A model generated the notes under the pieces. That model saw nothing but the letters and a program-made list of their open reading frames with translations. It did not search any database and had not been told where the DNA came from. Shown here piece after piece: positions 28,744 through 39,613 of a stretch of 64,000 nt of DNA. Position numbers and translations under genes: made by a program. Within the stretch, counting starts at the first letter, position 1; the number at the start of each line of letters is the position of its first letter. The DNA comes from a virus (Duplodnaviria > Caudoviricetes): positions 224,001 through 288,000 of the IMG/VR virus record IMGVR_UViG_3300032030_000005. One strand, given 5' to 3'.

Positions 28744-30246
28744 ATGGAAATTTTAGACAAAAGTAATGGTAGAATTTATTTATATCCAACTAAAATTGTT
28801 ATAGATCCTTATACTGAAGAAGTAAAGCAAATTGAAAACCTATTTAAAGTTTGGGACAATGTATTACATAAATACGTATTCGAAGCTTTTATTAAAGATG
28901 GTGATAAATTAATACTTCCTACAGGAGTTTCATTAGTTAAATTAAAAAGTATATTTAGTGATTATAAAGTTGAAGATAAAAGAATGAGTTCCGAACGTTA
29001 TATAAAAGCTAATAGATTAAATACAAATATAAAGATGAATTATGATTTTAAAAATGAAGAACAGAAAAAGGTCTTTAATTTTTTAAATAAACAGCAAGTA
29101 GTTCATAGTCGTAATATGCAGAAGTATATAGCTGTTAATACTGGTTTTGGTAAAACTTTTATAGCTGTAAAATATATAGCATCAAGTCATGATAGACCAA
29201 TTATATTTGTAGATCAGGAATCATTAGCTGAACAGTGGAAGTCTAGAATTACTGAATATACTAATACTAAAGAAGATGAAATATATTATATTTCAGGAAG
29301 TAATTCTATAAATAAACTAATGAAAATGTCTAGTGATGATATTTTAAAGATTAAATTCTTTATTTGTTGTTATAGAACTTTAACAGCAAATATTAAGAAT
29401 AATAATTCAACTGAAGATATAAGTAAATTATTTAATCAAATTAAAGTTACAGTAAAAATATTTGATGAAGCACATATTGAATGGAAGTCTATCTTTAAAA
29501 TAGATATGCTTTCTAATTTAAGAAGTATTTATCTTTCGGCAACTCCTAAAAGAACTGATCCATCAGAAGATAAAGTATATCAGAATATATTCCATAATGT
29601 AGATAAATATATTTCAGATATATCAAATACTGATACAGAAAATTATCATAATATTTTAATTTATGAGTGGAATTCTCATCCAGATGTTTTATCAGTTAAT
29701 CGTTGTTCAAATAAATATGGATTTTCTACTGCAAAATATTGTGAATATTTATTTATTAGTAGATATGAAAAATTTAAAGAATTATTATCTGATTTAATAT
29801 TTAAAACCGTATTGGCAAAAAGAAAGAAAAAAAAGATTGCTATATTATTTGGTACTAATATGTTATTATATCAATTCTATGATGATTTAAAAAATATATG
29901 TACTTTAAATAATTATAAATTAACAGTAAATATTTTCAATGGAGATACTAAAAAAGACGATAAATTAAGAATACTGGAAGAATCTGATATTATATTAACA
30001 ACAGATGTTTCTTTCCAAAAAGGTATAGATGTTAAGGACTTACAGGTTGTTATTAACACAGCTCCAACAAGTTCTGAACCAAAATTAATACAGACAGTAG
30101 GTCGTCTTAGAAAGCTTGAGAAAAAAGAAGTATTCTTTATTGATGTAATAGACCTTGGATTTTCATCTATGGTAAAACAGCTAAATATTAAAAAGAATAA
30201 AGTATATAATAAAATAGCAAAGAATATTTTTATTAAAGTAAATTAA
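28744..30246 (+). CDS. superfamily 2 helicase (UvsW-like)
   Basis: TGFGKT, DEAH, SATP, KGID, QTVGRLR. Confidence 0.9.
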   Translation: MEILDKSNGRIYLYPTKIVIDPYTEEVKQIENLFKVWDNVLHKYVFEAFIKDGDKLILPTGVSLVKLKSIFSDYKVEDKRMSSERYIKANRLNTNIKMNYDFKNEEQKKVFNFLNKQQVVHSRNMQKYIAVNTGFGKTFIAVKYIASSHDRPIIFVDQESLAEQWKSRITEYTNTKEDEIYYISGSNSINKLMKMSSDDILKIKFFICCYRTLTANIKNNNSTEDISKLFNQIKVTVKIFDEAHIEWKSIFKIDMLSNLRSIYLSATPKRTDPSEDKVYQNIFHNVDKYISDISNTDTENYHNILIYEWNSHPDVLSVNRCSNKYGFSTAKYCEYLFISRYEKFKELLSDLIFKTVLAKRKKKKIAILFGTNMLLYQFYDDLKNICTLNNYKLTVNIFNGDTKKDDKLRILEESDIILTTDVSFQKGIDVKDLQVVINTAPTSSEPKLIQTVGRLRKLEKKEVFFIDVIDLGFSSMVKQLNIKKNKVYNKIAKNIFIKVN

Positions 30247-30315
30247 TTATATATTATTATTGTAGTGAATATTGATATATTCACTACAATAATGATGATT
30301 AAAGGAGTAGAAACT

Positions 30316-30945
30316 ATGGCAAATAAGAAAGAAAAAGTAGAAAACTTTTTAAATGCCTCTAAGGATATGGACAATTTTCTTGTTGTTTGTAAAGGGGAAT
30401 TTGACAAAGAACTCAAAAATGTAATAGGTATTACAGGAGAGATGAAAGACAACTTAAGTATAGAATATTCTCCAGATAAGAGATGTGTTTTTCTTCAATA
30501 TACTTTTCATAGTGAATATATAAAGGAAGTTATTCATGCAACTACAATGACTAACGAAGATCCTAAAGCATATCTTTGTGTTGTAGACTTTCTTACAGAA
30601 ACTTATTATATTCATAATGAATTAGATAAGATTAGAAAATTCTGTAAAGATATTACTAATGAGTTAACAAAGTATTTTGTAGATACAGAAAAGGATGTGC
30701 TTGCTATGCTTGAAGCTTCTAAGAAGTTTTTCTTTAGATTAACACATCCTAGCACACCACAGGTAATAGAAGAATTAAACAATAAGATTTCTTTTACAAA
30801 GAATGTTTTAAAAGAGTTTGATCCTGAAGTTAGATTTATATCATCTGATTTGAGTGAAGAATCCATAAAGACATTTGTTGAAGTAATTAAGTATGTTTAT
30901 GGTTATATGGATCTTAAGCAGATTAATGATCCGGAAGAGGAATGA
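30316..30945 (+). CDS. hypothetical protein
   Basis: Early promoter 30250, RBS AAGGAG. Confidence 0.7.
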   Translation: MANKKEKVENFLNASKDMDNFLVVCKGEFDKELKNVIGITGEMKDNLSIEYSPDKRCVFLQYTFHSEYIKEVIHATTMTNEDPKAYLCVVDFLTETYYIHNELDKIRKFCKDITNELTKYFVDTEKDVLAMLEASKKFFFRLTHPSTPQVIEELNNKISFTKNVLKEFDPEVRFISSDLSEESIKTFVEVIKYVYGYMDLKQINDPEEE

Positions 30946-31559
30946 ATATGAGAAAGCTTTTTATACGAGTATTTTATGACTCAAATAATATCAAGAATGC
31001 TTCTATATGGAAGATATCACTTGTTTCTGATAAGGCAGATATGCTTTATATAGAGACTCAACATGATAATGTAAGTGATTCTATACCAGAAGGAGTATAT
31101 CAGCAGTTATTAAAGGATAGCTATTTTAAAGGACTAACTGGTGTAGATAGTAGTATTGGTTCTTTAAAAATGGTAGATTCTGTAGATGGTAAAGAAACAT
31201 CTGACATTAATATATTTATAAACGATGATAATAAGATCAGAGAAAAGATAAATCAGTTTATAAATACATATTATAATAATGAAGAAATATTATATATCTT
31301 CAAGGATTGTTATGAATATATACTGTTCATGAATTATATGAATATTTCTTTAGATAAAGTTAATTATGAAGTTTTAAATCATTATTCCTTAGACAATAAA
31401 TGTGAAAGGTATAATGAGATAATTAACTTATCAATTGAGAATTCTTTAAAAGAACTCGAAGGAAATGATGAGATGAAGTCTTTATTTATGTATATGAGAA
31501 TCGTTATTGAGACTCTTATACTTAAGGACTTTTTCACATATATATTTAATAATTTATAA
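30942..31559 (+). CDS. hypothetical protein
   Basis: Overlapping operon ORF. Confidence 0.7.
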   Translation: MNMRKLFIRVFYDSNNIKNASIWKISLVSDKADMLYIETQHDNVSDSIPEGVYQQLLKDSYFKGLTGVDSSIGSLKMVDSVDGKETSDINIFINDDNKIREKINQFINTYYNNEEILYIFKDCYEYILFMNYMNISLDKVNYEVLNHYSLDNKCERYNEIINLSIENSLKELEGNDEMKSLFMYMRIVIETLILKDFFTYIFNNL

Positions 31560-31577
31560 CTAGGAGGAAAAATTAAA

Positions 31578-32594
31578 ATGAGATCTATCGAGAAAATTTA
31601 CAACAGACTGTTTAGTGTAGGAAAGCTTACATTAGAGACCGTAGTCACTAATGGAGCTAAGAATGCTTCGGATATGCGTCTGGATGCATTCAAGTATGAC
31701 ACATTTAAGTCTAATAAGTATTCAAACGTAGATACACTTGATCAGCTGAGAATTAACTCAAACGCTTATTTATCAGTATCCTATAAGGGATATAATGAAA
31801 ATAATGAGTTTGAAAATGAGGAAGTATGGATTGCTGAAAAATATATTGGCAATTTTAAGGACTTCCTTGTATCAGCTTATGAGCAGATTATTGAGAAGCA
31901 GTCTGAAATTTATGGAAAGAATTCTGTAAATCCAGAATACGAAGACTTTATCATTACTACTGGATACGATGAAGAAGGTAATGGTTTCGGATTCATTGAT
32001 GGTAATGGACATACTATTTATATGTATCCAGAAATGCTTGCAATTCAGGGTGACGATGATACTAAGACACTTTATCAGGGCGTAGTGTTTGTTATTGAAA
32101 CAAAGGATGCAAAACAGTACGCTATTGAAATGGGTCTTAAGACCCTCTACAATATGAGTCTTATCGTTAACAACTATGATATGACTCTCGATGCAAGACT
32201 CACTTCTATAATGGGTCTATTATATCAGAGTGCTAGTGGTTCTTCTTCAGGATCTGTTAAGGCTTCTAACACAAATGTTAGACCTTCAGGACTGTCTAGA
32301 CCTCTTAAGAGCAGAAATGGAGGAACTAGCCCAGTAGCACCAGCAGCTGCTAAGCCTACTTCTGTAAAGAAGCCTTCATTAGAAAATGCTCTCGACGATA
32401 TGGAAGAAGACCTTGATGAAGAAGAAACAACAGCGCCAGCACCAAAAGCTGCTCCAGCAAAAGGCGGAAAGAAGATTATTTCTAAGAAGCCTGTTACAAA
32501 AACAACAAAGTCTGTAAGCATTAATGACATGCTTAACGAAGCAGACGATGTTGATGTAGATATTGATTTAGATGAGGAAGGTGAAGACTTCTAA
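31578..32594 (+). CDS. hypothetical protein with low-complexity linker and acidic C-tail (SSB-like architecture)
   Basis: Ends DDVDVDIDLDEEGEDF; function is inference only. Confidence 0.45.
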   Translation: MRSIEKIYNRLFSVGKLTLETVVTNGAKNASDMRLDAFKYDTFKSNKYSNVDTLDQLRINSNAYLSVSYKGYNENNEFENEEVWIAEKYIGNFKDFLVSAYEQIIEKQSEIYGKNSVNPEYEDFIITTGYDEEGNGFGFIDGNGHTIYMYPEMLAIQGDDDTKTLYQGVVFVIETKDAKQYAIEMGLKTLYNMSLIVNNYDMTLDARLTSIMGLLYQSASGSSSGSVKASNTNVRPSGLSRPLKSRNGGTSPVAPAAAKPTSVKKPSLENALDDMEEDLDEEETTAPAPKAAPAKGGKKIISKKPVTKTTKSVSINDMLNEADDVDVDIDLDEEGEDF

Positions 32595-32983
32595 TGAAAG
32601 GACTTCCTAAAATAACTCTTGATCCAGAATTAGAAGAGTTATTGGACGAGAGTTCTAAATTAGAAACTTCTAAACCAAATAAAAAAATAAAATCTAAAAA
32701 CACTAAAGTTGAAGACATTATTAATATACCAATAAAAGAAGAAGACGATGTCTTCGCTTTAGCAACAAAGAATTTAATAAATAACTCTGGCTTGACAAAT
32801 CAAGATCTATATGATCTAAAAGGTCAAAGAGATGCTTATAATATGATCTATTCCTTTAAAGTTAAAAATCAATTGGGAATAGATCGTATAAAAGAGTGGG
32901 CTAAGATTCTTCATAAGAAGCCTATATTAACATTTGTTGATATGACTGATGAAGAAATCAAAGAGCTCGAAGAAAACGAATAA
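32594..32983 (+). CDS. hypothetical protein, possible HTH
   Basis: SGLTNQDL...YNMIYS pattern. Confidence 0.5.
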   Translation: MKGLPKITLDPELEELLDESSKLETSKPNKKIKSKNTKVEDIINIPIKEEDDVFALATKNLINNSGLTNQDLYDLKGQRDAYNMIYSFKVKNQLGIDRIKEWAKILHKKPILTFVDMTDEEIKELEENE

Positions 32984-32988
32984 AAAGT

Positions 32989-33022
32989 GCCGATAGGGAA
33001 ATTTCCCTATCGGCTTTTTTTT
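32989..33022. terminator. bidirectional terminator
   Basis: GCCGATAGGGAAATTTCCCTATCGGC plus T-run. Confidence 0.85.
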
Positions 33023-33324
33023 TAGTCTAATTTATTTAAAGTTTCTAAAGCATAATTATAACCATCTAAATGCATTTCACTAAAATGATTAGCCATTATA
33101 TATGCTTCTAATTCTTCCTTATTAAATTCATAATCTACTAAGGTATGTTTTTCACCCTTACCGTCTTTATTATATGTGGTATACGTCTCTATAATCCTTA
33201 CAGTCTTATCTTCTTCAGATAAATATCCTTCATAGAAAACTTCTTGACTACATGTAAATGGACAATCCGGTTTCTTATAATTTCTATAATAATGCTTAAC
33301 AAAAATTTTTTTCATAAAACCCAC
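33022..33324 (-). CDS. hypothetical protein
   Basis: 100-aa ORF. Confidence 0.65.
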   Translation of the reverse strand: MGFMKKIFVKHYYRNYKKPDCPFTCSQEVFYEGYLSEEDKTVRIIETYTTYNKDGKGEKHTLVDYEFNKEELEAYIMANHFSEMHLDGYNYALETLNKLD

Positions 33325-33352
33325 ATCCCATTCTTATATTTATAAATATGTG

Positions 33353-33949
33353 TTAAATTAATACATATCTATGTTTATTACTATCTATGCGTTCACAACT
33401 AAGTAATGTAGTTTCCTTATGTTCTTTATAATGATCTTTGAAGGTATTCCACATATTGTTAATTTCCTTAGTGTTAGGAATATTCTTACCAGTAAAGTAA
33501 TAGTTTGGTAAGTATTCTGTTTGTGATTCTAATTCTGCAAAGAGTGTTGGATCATCACTATGAACGCAGTAATCTGTTAATGGGTCATGACCTAAAATAA
33601 TTCTATCTACTACACCATCAACATCTCTTATAGTAAAGATAAGAACATACATTTCTTCATTTTCTTCTATCTCTTCTTCTACTTCTGGCACTTCTTCCTC
33701 TGGGGTCATAGAAACTTCTTCATTTTTCTGTATTGCATATTCTTTTGTAAACTTTCTTGGCTGAGTAGGCTCATCTTTTACACCGCTAAAGCTCTTTATA
33801 TCTTTAGAGACAGCTTCTAAAGATGTATGAATCATTGTCATTGTATCACTCATGTGATAAATAGTATTCTTAAGCTCTTCAACATATACCTTTATCTGAG
33901 CCATTGTCATTTCATCAAGATCTCTTTCAATATTCTTTAAAGTTAACAT
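33353..33949 (-). CDS. hypothetical protein
   Basis: RBS GGAGG; N-terminal coiled coil. Confidence 0.7.
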   Translation of the reverse strand: MLTLKNIERDLDEMTMAQIKVYVEELKNTIYHMSDTMTMIHTSLEAVSKDIKSFSGVKDEPTQPRKFTKEYAIQKNEEVSMTPEEEVPEVEEEIEENEEMYVLIFTIRDVDGVVDRIILGHDPLTDYCVHSDDPTLFAELESQTEYLPNYYFTGKNIPNTKEINNMWNTFKDHYKEHKETTLLSCERIDSNKHRYVLI

Positions 33950-34003
33950 AAACCATTCCTCCGTTTAATAAAAAAAAAAGGAGTCCAAAGACTCCAAGAA
34001 ATA

Positions 34004-34588
34004 TTACTTCTTAATTATCTCCCTGTAGATAAATAGGTAAAATATATTATCTATAATGTTGCCTATTAAGGCAAATATAAATAACATATTAAGATCAAAC
34101 TGTTTAAACATTATGACACTAGCACCAGCCAATGTTGCAATGCTAGATACTATGTTGCTATTATTGTCATAACGTTCTCTACTTTTTTCGTCAGGATTTA
34201 CCTTAGCTCTCATCCTGACGCCACCACACGCTAAATTGCGAGTAATTAAAGCATAAATCAATATATTCATAATGAAGTATACTTTAAGGTTATGTGAGAA
34301 CATTGCTATCCCGAATAGAATTATATCTAAAATCATTTCTGACCAAAGAATTATTCTATAAAATCGGAATAGTTTGTCTGAATGTTTATTCCAAATACGA
34401 CAAAAGATTATTGTACTCAAACAAGCTAAGATACTTTCAAAAGAAATGTATCTTTCGCTAATTACCCGACACATCTCTTGATAGATGTATGGATAACTTA
34501 ATGAGTAAAATAACCCAGATATGAGATTAGCTACTAACATTAATGTTGATAAAAATCTCATTTTTTTGGCTGATAAATTTTTTGGCAT
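34004..34588 (-). CDS. six-TM membrane protein resembling half an MFS transporter
   Basis: Six hydrophobic segments; W..HSDK and SIATLAGA patterns; RBS AGGAGG. Confidence 0.55.
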   Translation of the reverse strand: MPKNLSAKKMRFLSTLMLVANLISGLFYSLSYPYIYQEMCRVISERYISFESILACLSTIIFCRIWNKHSDKLFRFYRIILWSEMILDIILFGIAMFSHNLKVYFIMNILIYALITRNLACGGVRMRAKVNPDEKSRERYDNNSNIVSSIATLAGASVIMFKQFDLNMLFIFALIGNIIDNIFYLFIYREIIKK

Positions 34589-34608
34589 GGCTAGTCCTCC
34601 TATTTTCT

Positions 34609-34764
34609 TTAATTGCCCTTTTCTTTACATTGCCTGTAATACTTACATTTTAGACATTCTTGATGCCTATAATAAATGCACTTAAATATTACTATTGGTA
34701 AAGCAAATGCACTCACTATAGTAATCAAAGCTAAAATGCAAAATATTATAAATAGTATATCCAC
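34609..34764 (-). CDS. 51-aa membrane peptide with Cys-rich tail (not in ORF track)
   Basis: GTG start after AGGGGG; MDILFIIFCILALITIVSAFALPIVIFKCIYYRHQECLKCKYYRQCKEKGN. Confidence 0.55.
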   Translation of the reverse strand: MDILFIIFCILALITIVSAFALPIVIFKCIYYRHQECLKCKYYRQCKEKGN

Positions 34765-34870
34765 TGCAATTAACCCCCTATAAATATTATATTAAGGATG
34801 CAGCTTTTACACTACATCCTTAATACTATTATTATAATATATATCTACTAATAATGTTTAATTCATATTA

Positions 34871-37051
34871 TTAATAGTATACCTTCTCATATGTGGTCTT
34901 GACATTCATTACAAGTTCCTTATTAAGAACTTTATCTGTGCCTGTATATGTTTTAACCTCATCCTTTTTAGTATCAGCAAGCTTACTTGTATCAAACCAC
35001 TGACCGCAAAGAATCTTAGCAATTCTTATACCAGCAAGTCTAGCTCTTGTTTCTACTAAAAGCTGCTTAAGATTTGCAAGAACAAGCTCTGTGGTGAAGT
35101 CTTCCTTATGAGAAAGAGCTTCTACAAGATAAGCATCACCATTTGCTGGCTTTTCAACTACTGGTTCATTCTTCTCATTAAACTTAATAGCTGAAAGCTT
35201 TGAGAATCCCTTAAGGGATACTTCAAATACTCTCGCTTCATAATAATCAGAATCTGCTACACTTGGTACAGAAGTTGAGATACCATTATAGATACCATTC
35301 TTTATACCAAATTCTTCAAGAAGCTTTACCTGTTCTTCTGTGAAGTGCTTTTCTTCATAGGTCTTAACAGTTTCTTTAGTAAGTTCTTTAGCAAGCTTAA
35401 GCTGTGCTTTAAATTTGTTCTCCTTACGTACAAGATCAAAGACTTCTTCGATTGTAGCTTTACCCATAGCAGCATTAACAATCGGAATCTTCTTAAGATC
35501 AAAGGTTACTGTAGAGCCATCTCCATTGCCTTCTATAGAATGAATGCAGAACTGATAATCCTTAATAAGCTTATCTAAAGTTTCCTTATTAACCATTACA
35601 GTTAACTCATCCATGTTTAAGAAACCATCCTTAACAATTGTGTGATTTCTAAATATCTTACAAGGATAATTTTCAGGTAAGTTAACTTTAGCAGCCTGCT
35701 TTGGATTTATCGCTACTGTACCCTTAACTTCAAAGCCTATTGATATATTAAGCTTCTTTTCATTATAGGTAATATTTTCAATAGGAGAAGTCATAATGCC
35801 TTCATCCTTCTTAAACATATTGAAAGAATCTTCTGTCTTTCTTCCAATTCGTTTATAATTCTCTGTTACCACATATTTATTTTCTTTAGAAGAAGAAAGG
35901 AGTGTTAACAGATCGATGAGACAAGTTGCGTTCTCATCAGGAATATACATCATACCTGCTGAACCCTTATCTCTGCTTATATTTCTGAATGCAGCCTTTT
36001 TAAGCTTTCTCTTAAACTGTTCACGTTCATCTGGAGTGAACGCATTTATAAGCATATCTGAGAAGGTCTTATCTTTAAGACTATTTCCCAGAATCTGAAG
36101 AGCTGAATATCTGTCGCCAAAAGTATATTCAGCGAGAGCCAGTTTATACAGAATACTATCGAGTCTATTATCTGCAAGTTTGTTACCTTCTTCTGAAAAT
36201 GCATTTTCATTAATTTCGCCTCTTATCAATGCTTCAGTATCATCATATACAACAATGAACTGATTTGTTCTTTTGTCAATATGTGTAAGCTTAATTTCCT
36301 CATTATAGATATTAACACTATTACTTGTTAAGTAATAGATCTTAGCACCCGGAATCTTAAGGAGTACATTATCTTTTGTAACATCCTTGATTCTTTCCAT
36401 ATTTTCTTCAAAGATCTGATGATACTCATTAATATCATTAGAGTGAATGAAAATACCGAAGTCTGACATAGAAGCCCATTCATTGAGCTTTGTTTCATTA
36501 CAATAGTTACCATATCCTATTGTATTAAATGAAATAATCTTATCCTTAATACGTTCAAGGACTTTTTCTACTCTAGCATGTTCTGCTGAAGTAGGCCAAG
36601 GAGTTACTGCTTCTCCGTCAGTAAATAAAGTAACTGAGAAATTCTCACATAATGGTGCTAGTTCTTCAACGATCTTTTCAGTTTCTTCAACTGATTCACT
36701 AAAACAAGTACAGCCTATAGTACTTTTCAGTGAGTCCAATACTCTAAAGGAGCTTTCCTTATTTTCTGGAATATTCTTAATTCCTTTAAGGACAGTACGA
36801 TACTGTCCTTCCCCTGAAAACCATATGATTGTATAGTAGTCATTTGCTCCCATCTGTTCTATGGTCTTCTTACAGTCCTCGATAAGTCCTTCTATGTGAT
36901 AGTGCATAGAACCAGATCTATCAAGAAGCTGAATATGATGTACTTCCTTTGGGATCATAGAAACTTCTTCTTTGTCCTTCTTGTAGTCAAGTACAAATAC
37001 GTTCTTATTGTCCTTTCCAATAAGTGTGTTTACCTTTGATACTTTTAACAT
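34871..37051 (-). CDS. von Willebrand factor A domain protein
   Basis: MIDAS LLDRSGSM...T...FTDGE; early promoter 37113. Confidence 0.85.
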   Translation of the reverse strand: MLKVSKVNTLIGKDNKNVFVLDYKKDKEEVSMIPKEVHHIQLLDRSGSMHYHIEGLIEDCKKTIEQMGANDYYTIIWFSGEGQYRTVLKGIKNIPENKESSFRVLDSLKSTIGCTCFSESVEETEKIVEELAPLCENFSVTLFTDGEAVTPWPTSAEHARVEKVLERIKDKIISFNTIGYGNYCNETKLNEWASMSDFGIFIHSNDINEYHQIFEENMERIKDVTKDNVLLKIPGAKIYYLTSNSVNIYNEEIKLTHIDKRTNQFIVVYDDTEALIRGEINENAFSEEGNKLADNRLDSILYKLALAEYTFGDRYSALQILGNSLKDKTFSDMLINAFTPDEREQFKRKLKKAAFRNISRDKGSAGMMYIPDENATCLIDLLTLLSSSKENKYVVTENYKRIGRKTEDSFNMFKKDEGIMTSPIENITYNEKKLNISIGFEVKGTVAINPKQAAKVNLPENYPCKIFRNHTIVKDGFLNMDELTVMVNKETLDKLIKDYQFCIHSIEGNGDGSTVTFDLKKIPIVNAAMGKATIEEVFDLVRKENKFKAQLKLAKELTKETVKTYEEKHFTEEQVKLLEEFGIKNGIYNGISTSVPSVADSDYYEARVFEVSLKGFSKLSAIKFNEKNEPVVEKPANGDAYLVEALSHKEDFTTELVLANLKQLLVETRARLAGIRIAKILCGQWFDTSKLADTKKDEVKTYTGTDKVLNKELVMNVKTTYEKVYY

Positions 37052-37216
37052 TTGCTATTCCTCCTAATTAAATATTAAATTTTTTGCATAATATTTTATT
37101 ATGCACATTAATATAATATATAAATATTTTTAAGTAAGAATTTTTTTTTAATTATATATTATAATAGTGTAATTGAACTTACATCAATTATAATTTTATG
37201 AAAGGAAGAGTAAAAA

Positions 37217-37438
37217 ATGCTAAAACTAAATTATGTAGGAGATTTGGAGGAAATTAATGATGAGTTAATAAACTCTAAACTCTCATTCACAGATGATATG
37301 ATTGATAAGATGATTACCATTGAATTGATAATTAATAATCATGATATCTATCATCTAAGAGGAAGAGTGTTAAAAAATTATGGATTTAATCTTGTTATTG
37401 TCGAATTTCGAGGATTTACTGAAGGAGGAGGAAATTAA
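37217..37438 (+). CDS. hypothetical protein
   Basis: Early promoter 37155. Confidence 0.65.
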   Translation: MLKLNYVGDLEEINDELINSKLSFTDDMIDKMITIELIINNHDIYHLRGRVLKNYGFNLVIVEFRGFTEGGGN

Positions 37439-37833
37439 TGAGTTATCCTTATTTCAAGGTGATATCATATGATATCTATGAACTAAATATAGTCGAAATA
37501 TTATTTATTAAAAATAAAGAATATGAAGACAAAGTTAATGGTATAATAGAAACTTTAAAGAAGACATATAAGTTTATACCAAAGTTATTTTTCACAGACA
37601 ATAAATATATAAATGATGAAGTTATTGTTTGTGATATCCTGTTTAATAATAATGTCGATATTGTAAATGTCGATTATAAAACAGGAGATGAATTTTTAAA
37701 GTCTGCAAATCAATATAGCAAATCTTTAAGTAAAATAACTTTCGATGATACAGAAGTAAAATTATATATACCACAATTAAAAGACTTAGAAGAGTCTATA
37801 TTGATGAGGATATATAACTATATTACAAAATAA
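37438..37833 (+). CDS. hypothetical protein
   Basis: RBS GGAGG, coupled start. Confidence 0.7.
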   Translation: MSYPYFKVISYDIYELNIVEILFIKNKEYEDKVNGIIETLKKTYKFIPKLFFTDNKYINDEVIVCDILFNNNVDIVNVDYKTGDEFLKSANQYSKSLSKITFDDTEVKLYIPQLKDLEESILMRIYNYITK

Positions 37834-37849
37834 TAAGGAGTAAAAAACA

Positions 37850-39007
37850 ATGAATAATGAAAAGAAAATGAATGTAATCAAAACAGCAAATGACTACGAA
37901 ATTTATAACGATAATGAAATTAAAACATTTAATTTCTTACCGACAAAAATCTACACTGTAGAGTTTCATAAAATGCGAGGCTTCTACCTCAAGGAATATG
38001 ATGGCCTTGATGTCAAAGAAAAAGTTTATGGAGTTCATGAAACTAAGATTAATAAGGTTATGAACTCATTTAAGATGTTTGAAAGAAGCCTTGGTGTAAT
38101 ACTTTCGGGTGACAAAGGAATTGGTAAATCCCTCTTCTCAAAGATGCTCGCTAATGAGTGTCTTAAAAGAGATATTCCAGTTATTCTTGTAAACACGTAC
38201 TTCCCGAACGTGGCTTCATTTATAGACTCGATTCATCAGGAAGTCATGGTTCTCTTCGATGAATTTGACAAGTCTTTCGGTGAAGTACAGGCAGATAATG
38301 GTCACGCATCACCTCAGACAGAACTCCTTACTCTGTTTGATGGTATAAGTACTGGAGACAAAAGATTATATGTTATTACATGTAACAGCCTTCAGAAACT
38401 TAATGATTACCTTGTTAATAGACCAGGTCGTTTCCATTATCATTTTAGGTTTGCTTATCCAAACGAGGAGGAAATTAAAACATACTTGGAAGATAAACTT
38501 TCTGAAGAATATTATGGAGAGATTCCATCTGTTGTTATGTTCTCTAAGAAAGTAGATCTTAATTATGACTGCCTTAGAGCAATAGCTTTTGAGCTTAATA
38601 ACGGCTCAACATTTAAGGAAGCCATCGAAGATCTTAACATCATTAACTTTAATACTGCTCTTCCAAGCTACAATATTAAATTCGTGTTTGAGAATGGCAT
38701 GATTATTAAAAAGAAGAATTTTAGATTTGATATAGACGATGAAGATAATGAGTATTTATGGCTCTCTCCAGATGGATATAGCCTATCAGATGACTTTATC
38801 AGAGTATCATTTATCCCAGCCGATAATGAGTGGGATGATAAGCTTCTCACTCATGTAATCAAGGATTCTGATATAAAGACTGAGTGGTTCGAAAATTATA
38901 TCGATGAAAATGAAAAAGAAAAAGCAAAGTCTATTATTAACACAAAATGTGTTACTATAATCTTTGACAGAATATACAAGAGTACATCGCTCAATTATAG
39001 AGTATAA
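37850..39007 (+). CDS. AAA+ ATPase
   Basis: GDKGIGKS, LFDEFDK, NRPGRF arginine finger. Confidence 0.9.
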   Translation: MNNEKKMNVIKTANDYEIYNDNEIKTFNFLPTKIYTVEFHKMRGFYLKEYDGLDVKEKVYGVHETKINKVMNSFKMFERSLGVILSGDKGIGKSLFSKMLANECLKRDIPVILVNTYFPNVASFIDSIHQEVMVLFDEFDKSFGEVQADNGHASPQTELLTLFDGISTGDKRLYVITCNSLQKLNDYLVNRPGRFHYHFRFAYPNEEEIKTYLEDKLSEEYYGEIPSVVMFSKKVDLNYDCLRAIAFELNNGSTFKEAIEDLNIINFNTALPSYNIKFVFENGMIIKKKNFRFDIDDEDNEYLWLSPDGYSLSDDFIRVSFIPADNEWDDKLLTHVIKDSDIKTEWFENYIDENEKEKAKSIINTKCVTIIFDRIYKSTSLNYRV

Positions 39008-39060
39008 AATAATAACATATAATTAATAATAAGAATATTAATTATACGTATAATTAAAAA

Positions 39061-39104
39061 ATACCCATAAGACCGTAAAGTCTTATGGGTATTTTTTTTT
39101 TTTT
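39061..39104. terminator. palindrome-family bidirectional terminator
   Basis: ATACCCATAAGAC/GTCTTATGGGTAT with flanking A and T runs. Confidence 0.85.
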
Positions 39105-39528
39105 ATGATAAAGTCTGTTTAGTCTTATAACGACCTTCAATCTGGAACCAATACATAATACTATCGAGTTCTGATTGAATATATGATGGATAATTATTCT
39201 TACCACACTTATCGATAACGGAAATAATAAGATTAAATATCTTGTATATAGAACTAAAGATTTCTTCAGAGTCATATTCCTTAACAGGAAGTTCCATATC
39301 TACTTTAGATTTAGAAGCTATATTTTCTAATTCTTTAGCAGAAGGAATCTTTTCATTTGCTAAAATCATCATCTCTGCAACTTGATCTATATATTCACCA
39401 AATTTATCGATATATCCATCCAGAACTTCAACATGTGTTGTATGAAAATCTAATCCAGTAGACTTCCAGTGAAGGATTCTTAGATTATATTGCTGTTTTT
39501 GAAGTGCAGCTAATAAAACAAATAACAT
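39103..39528 (-). CDS. Dps/ferritin-like protein
   Basis: LHWKSTGLDFHTTH...IDQVAE ferroxidase pattern. Confidence 0.8.
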   Translation of the reverse strand: MLFVLLAALQKQQYNLRILHWKSTGLDFHTTHVEVLDGYIDKFGEYIDQVAEMMILANEKIPSAKELENIASKSKVDMELPVKEYDSEEIFSSIYKIFNLIISVIDKCGKNNYPSYIQSELDSIMYWFQIEGRYKTKQTLS

Positions 39529-39613
39529 TTGGATACCTTCTTTCATATATAATAATACAGTGTTATAAAAAAACATTGACTTATATTGTTATATAGAAAG
39601 GAATGATACTTTT

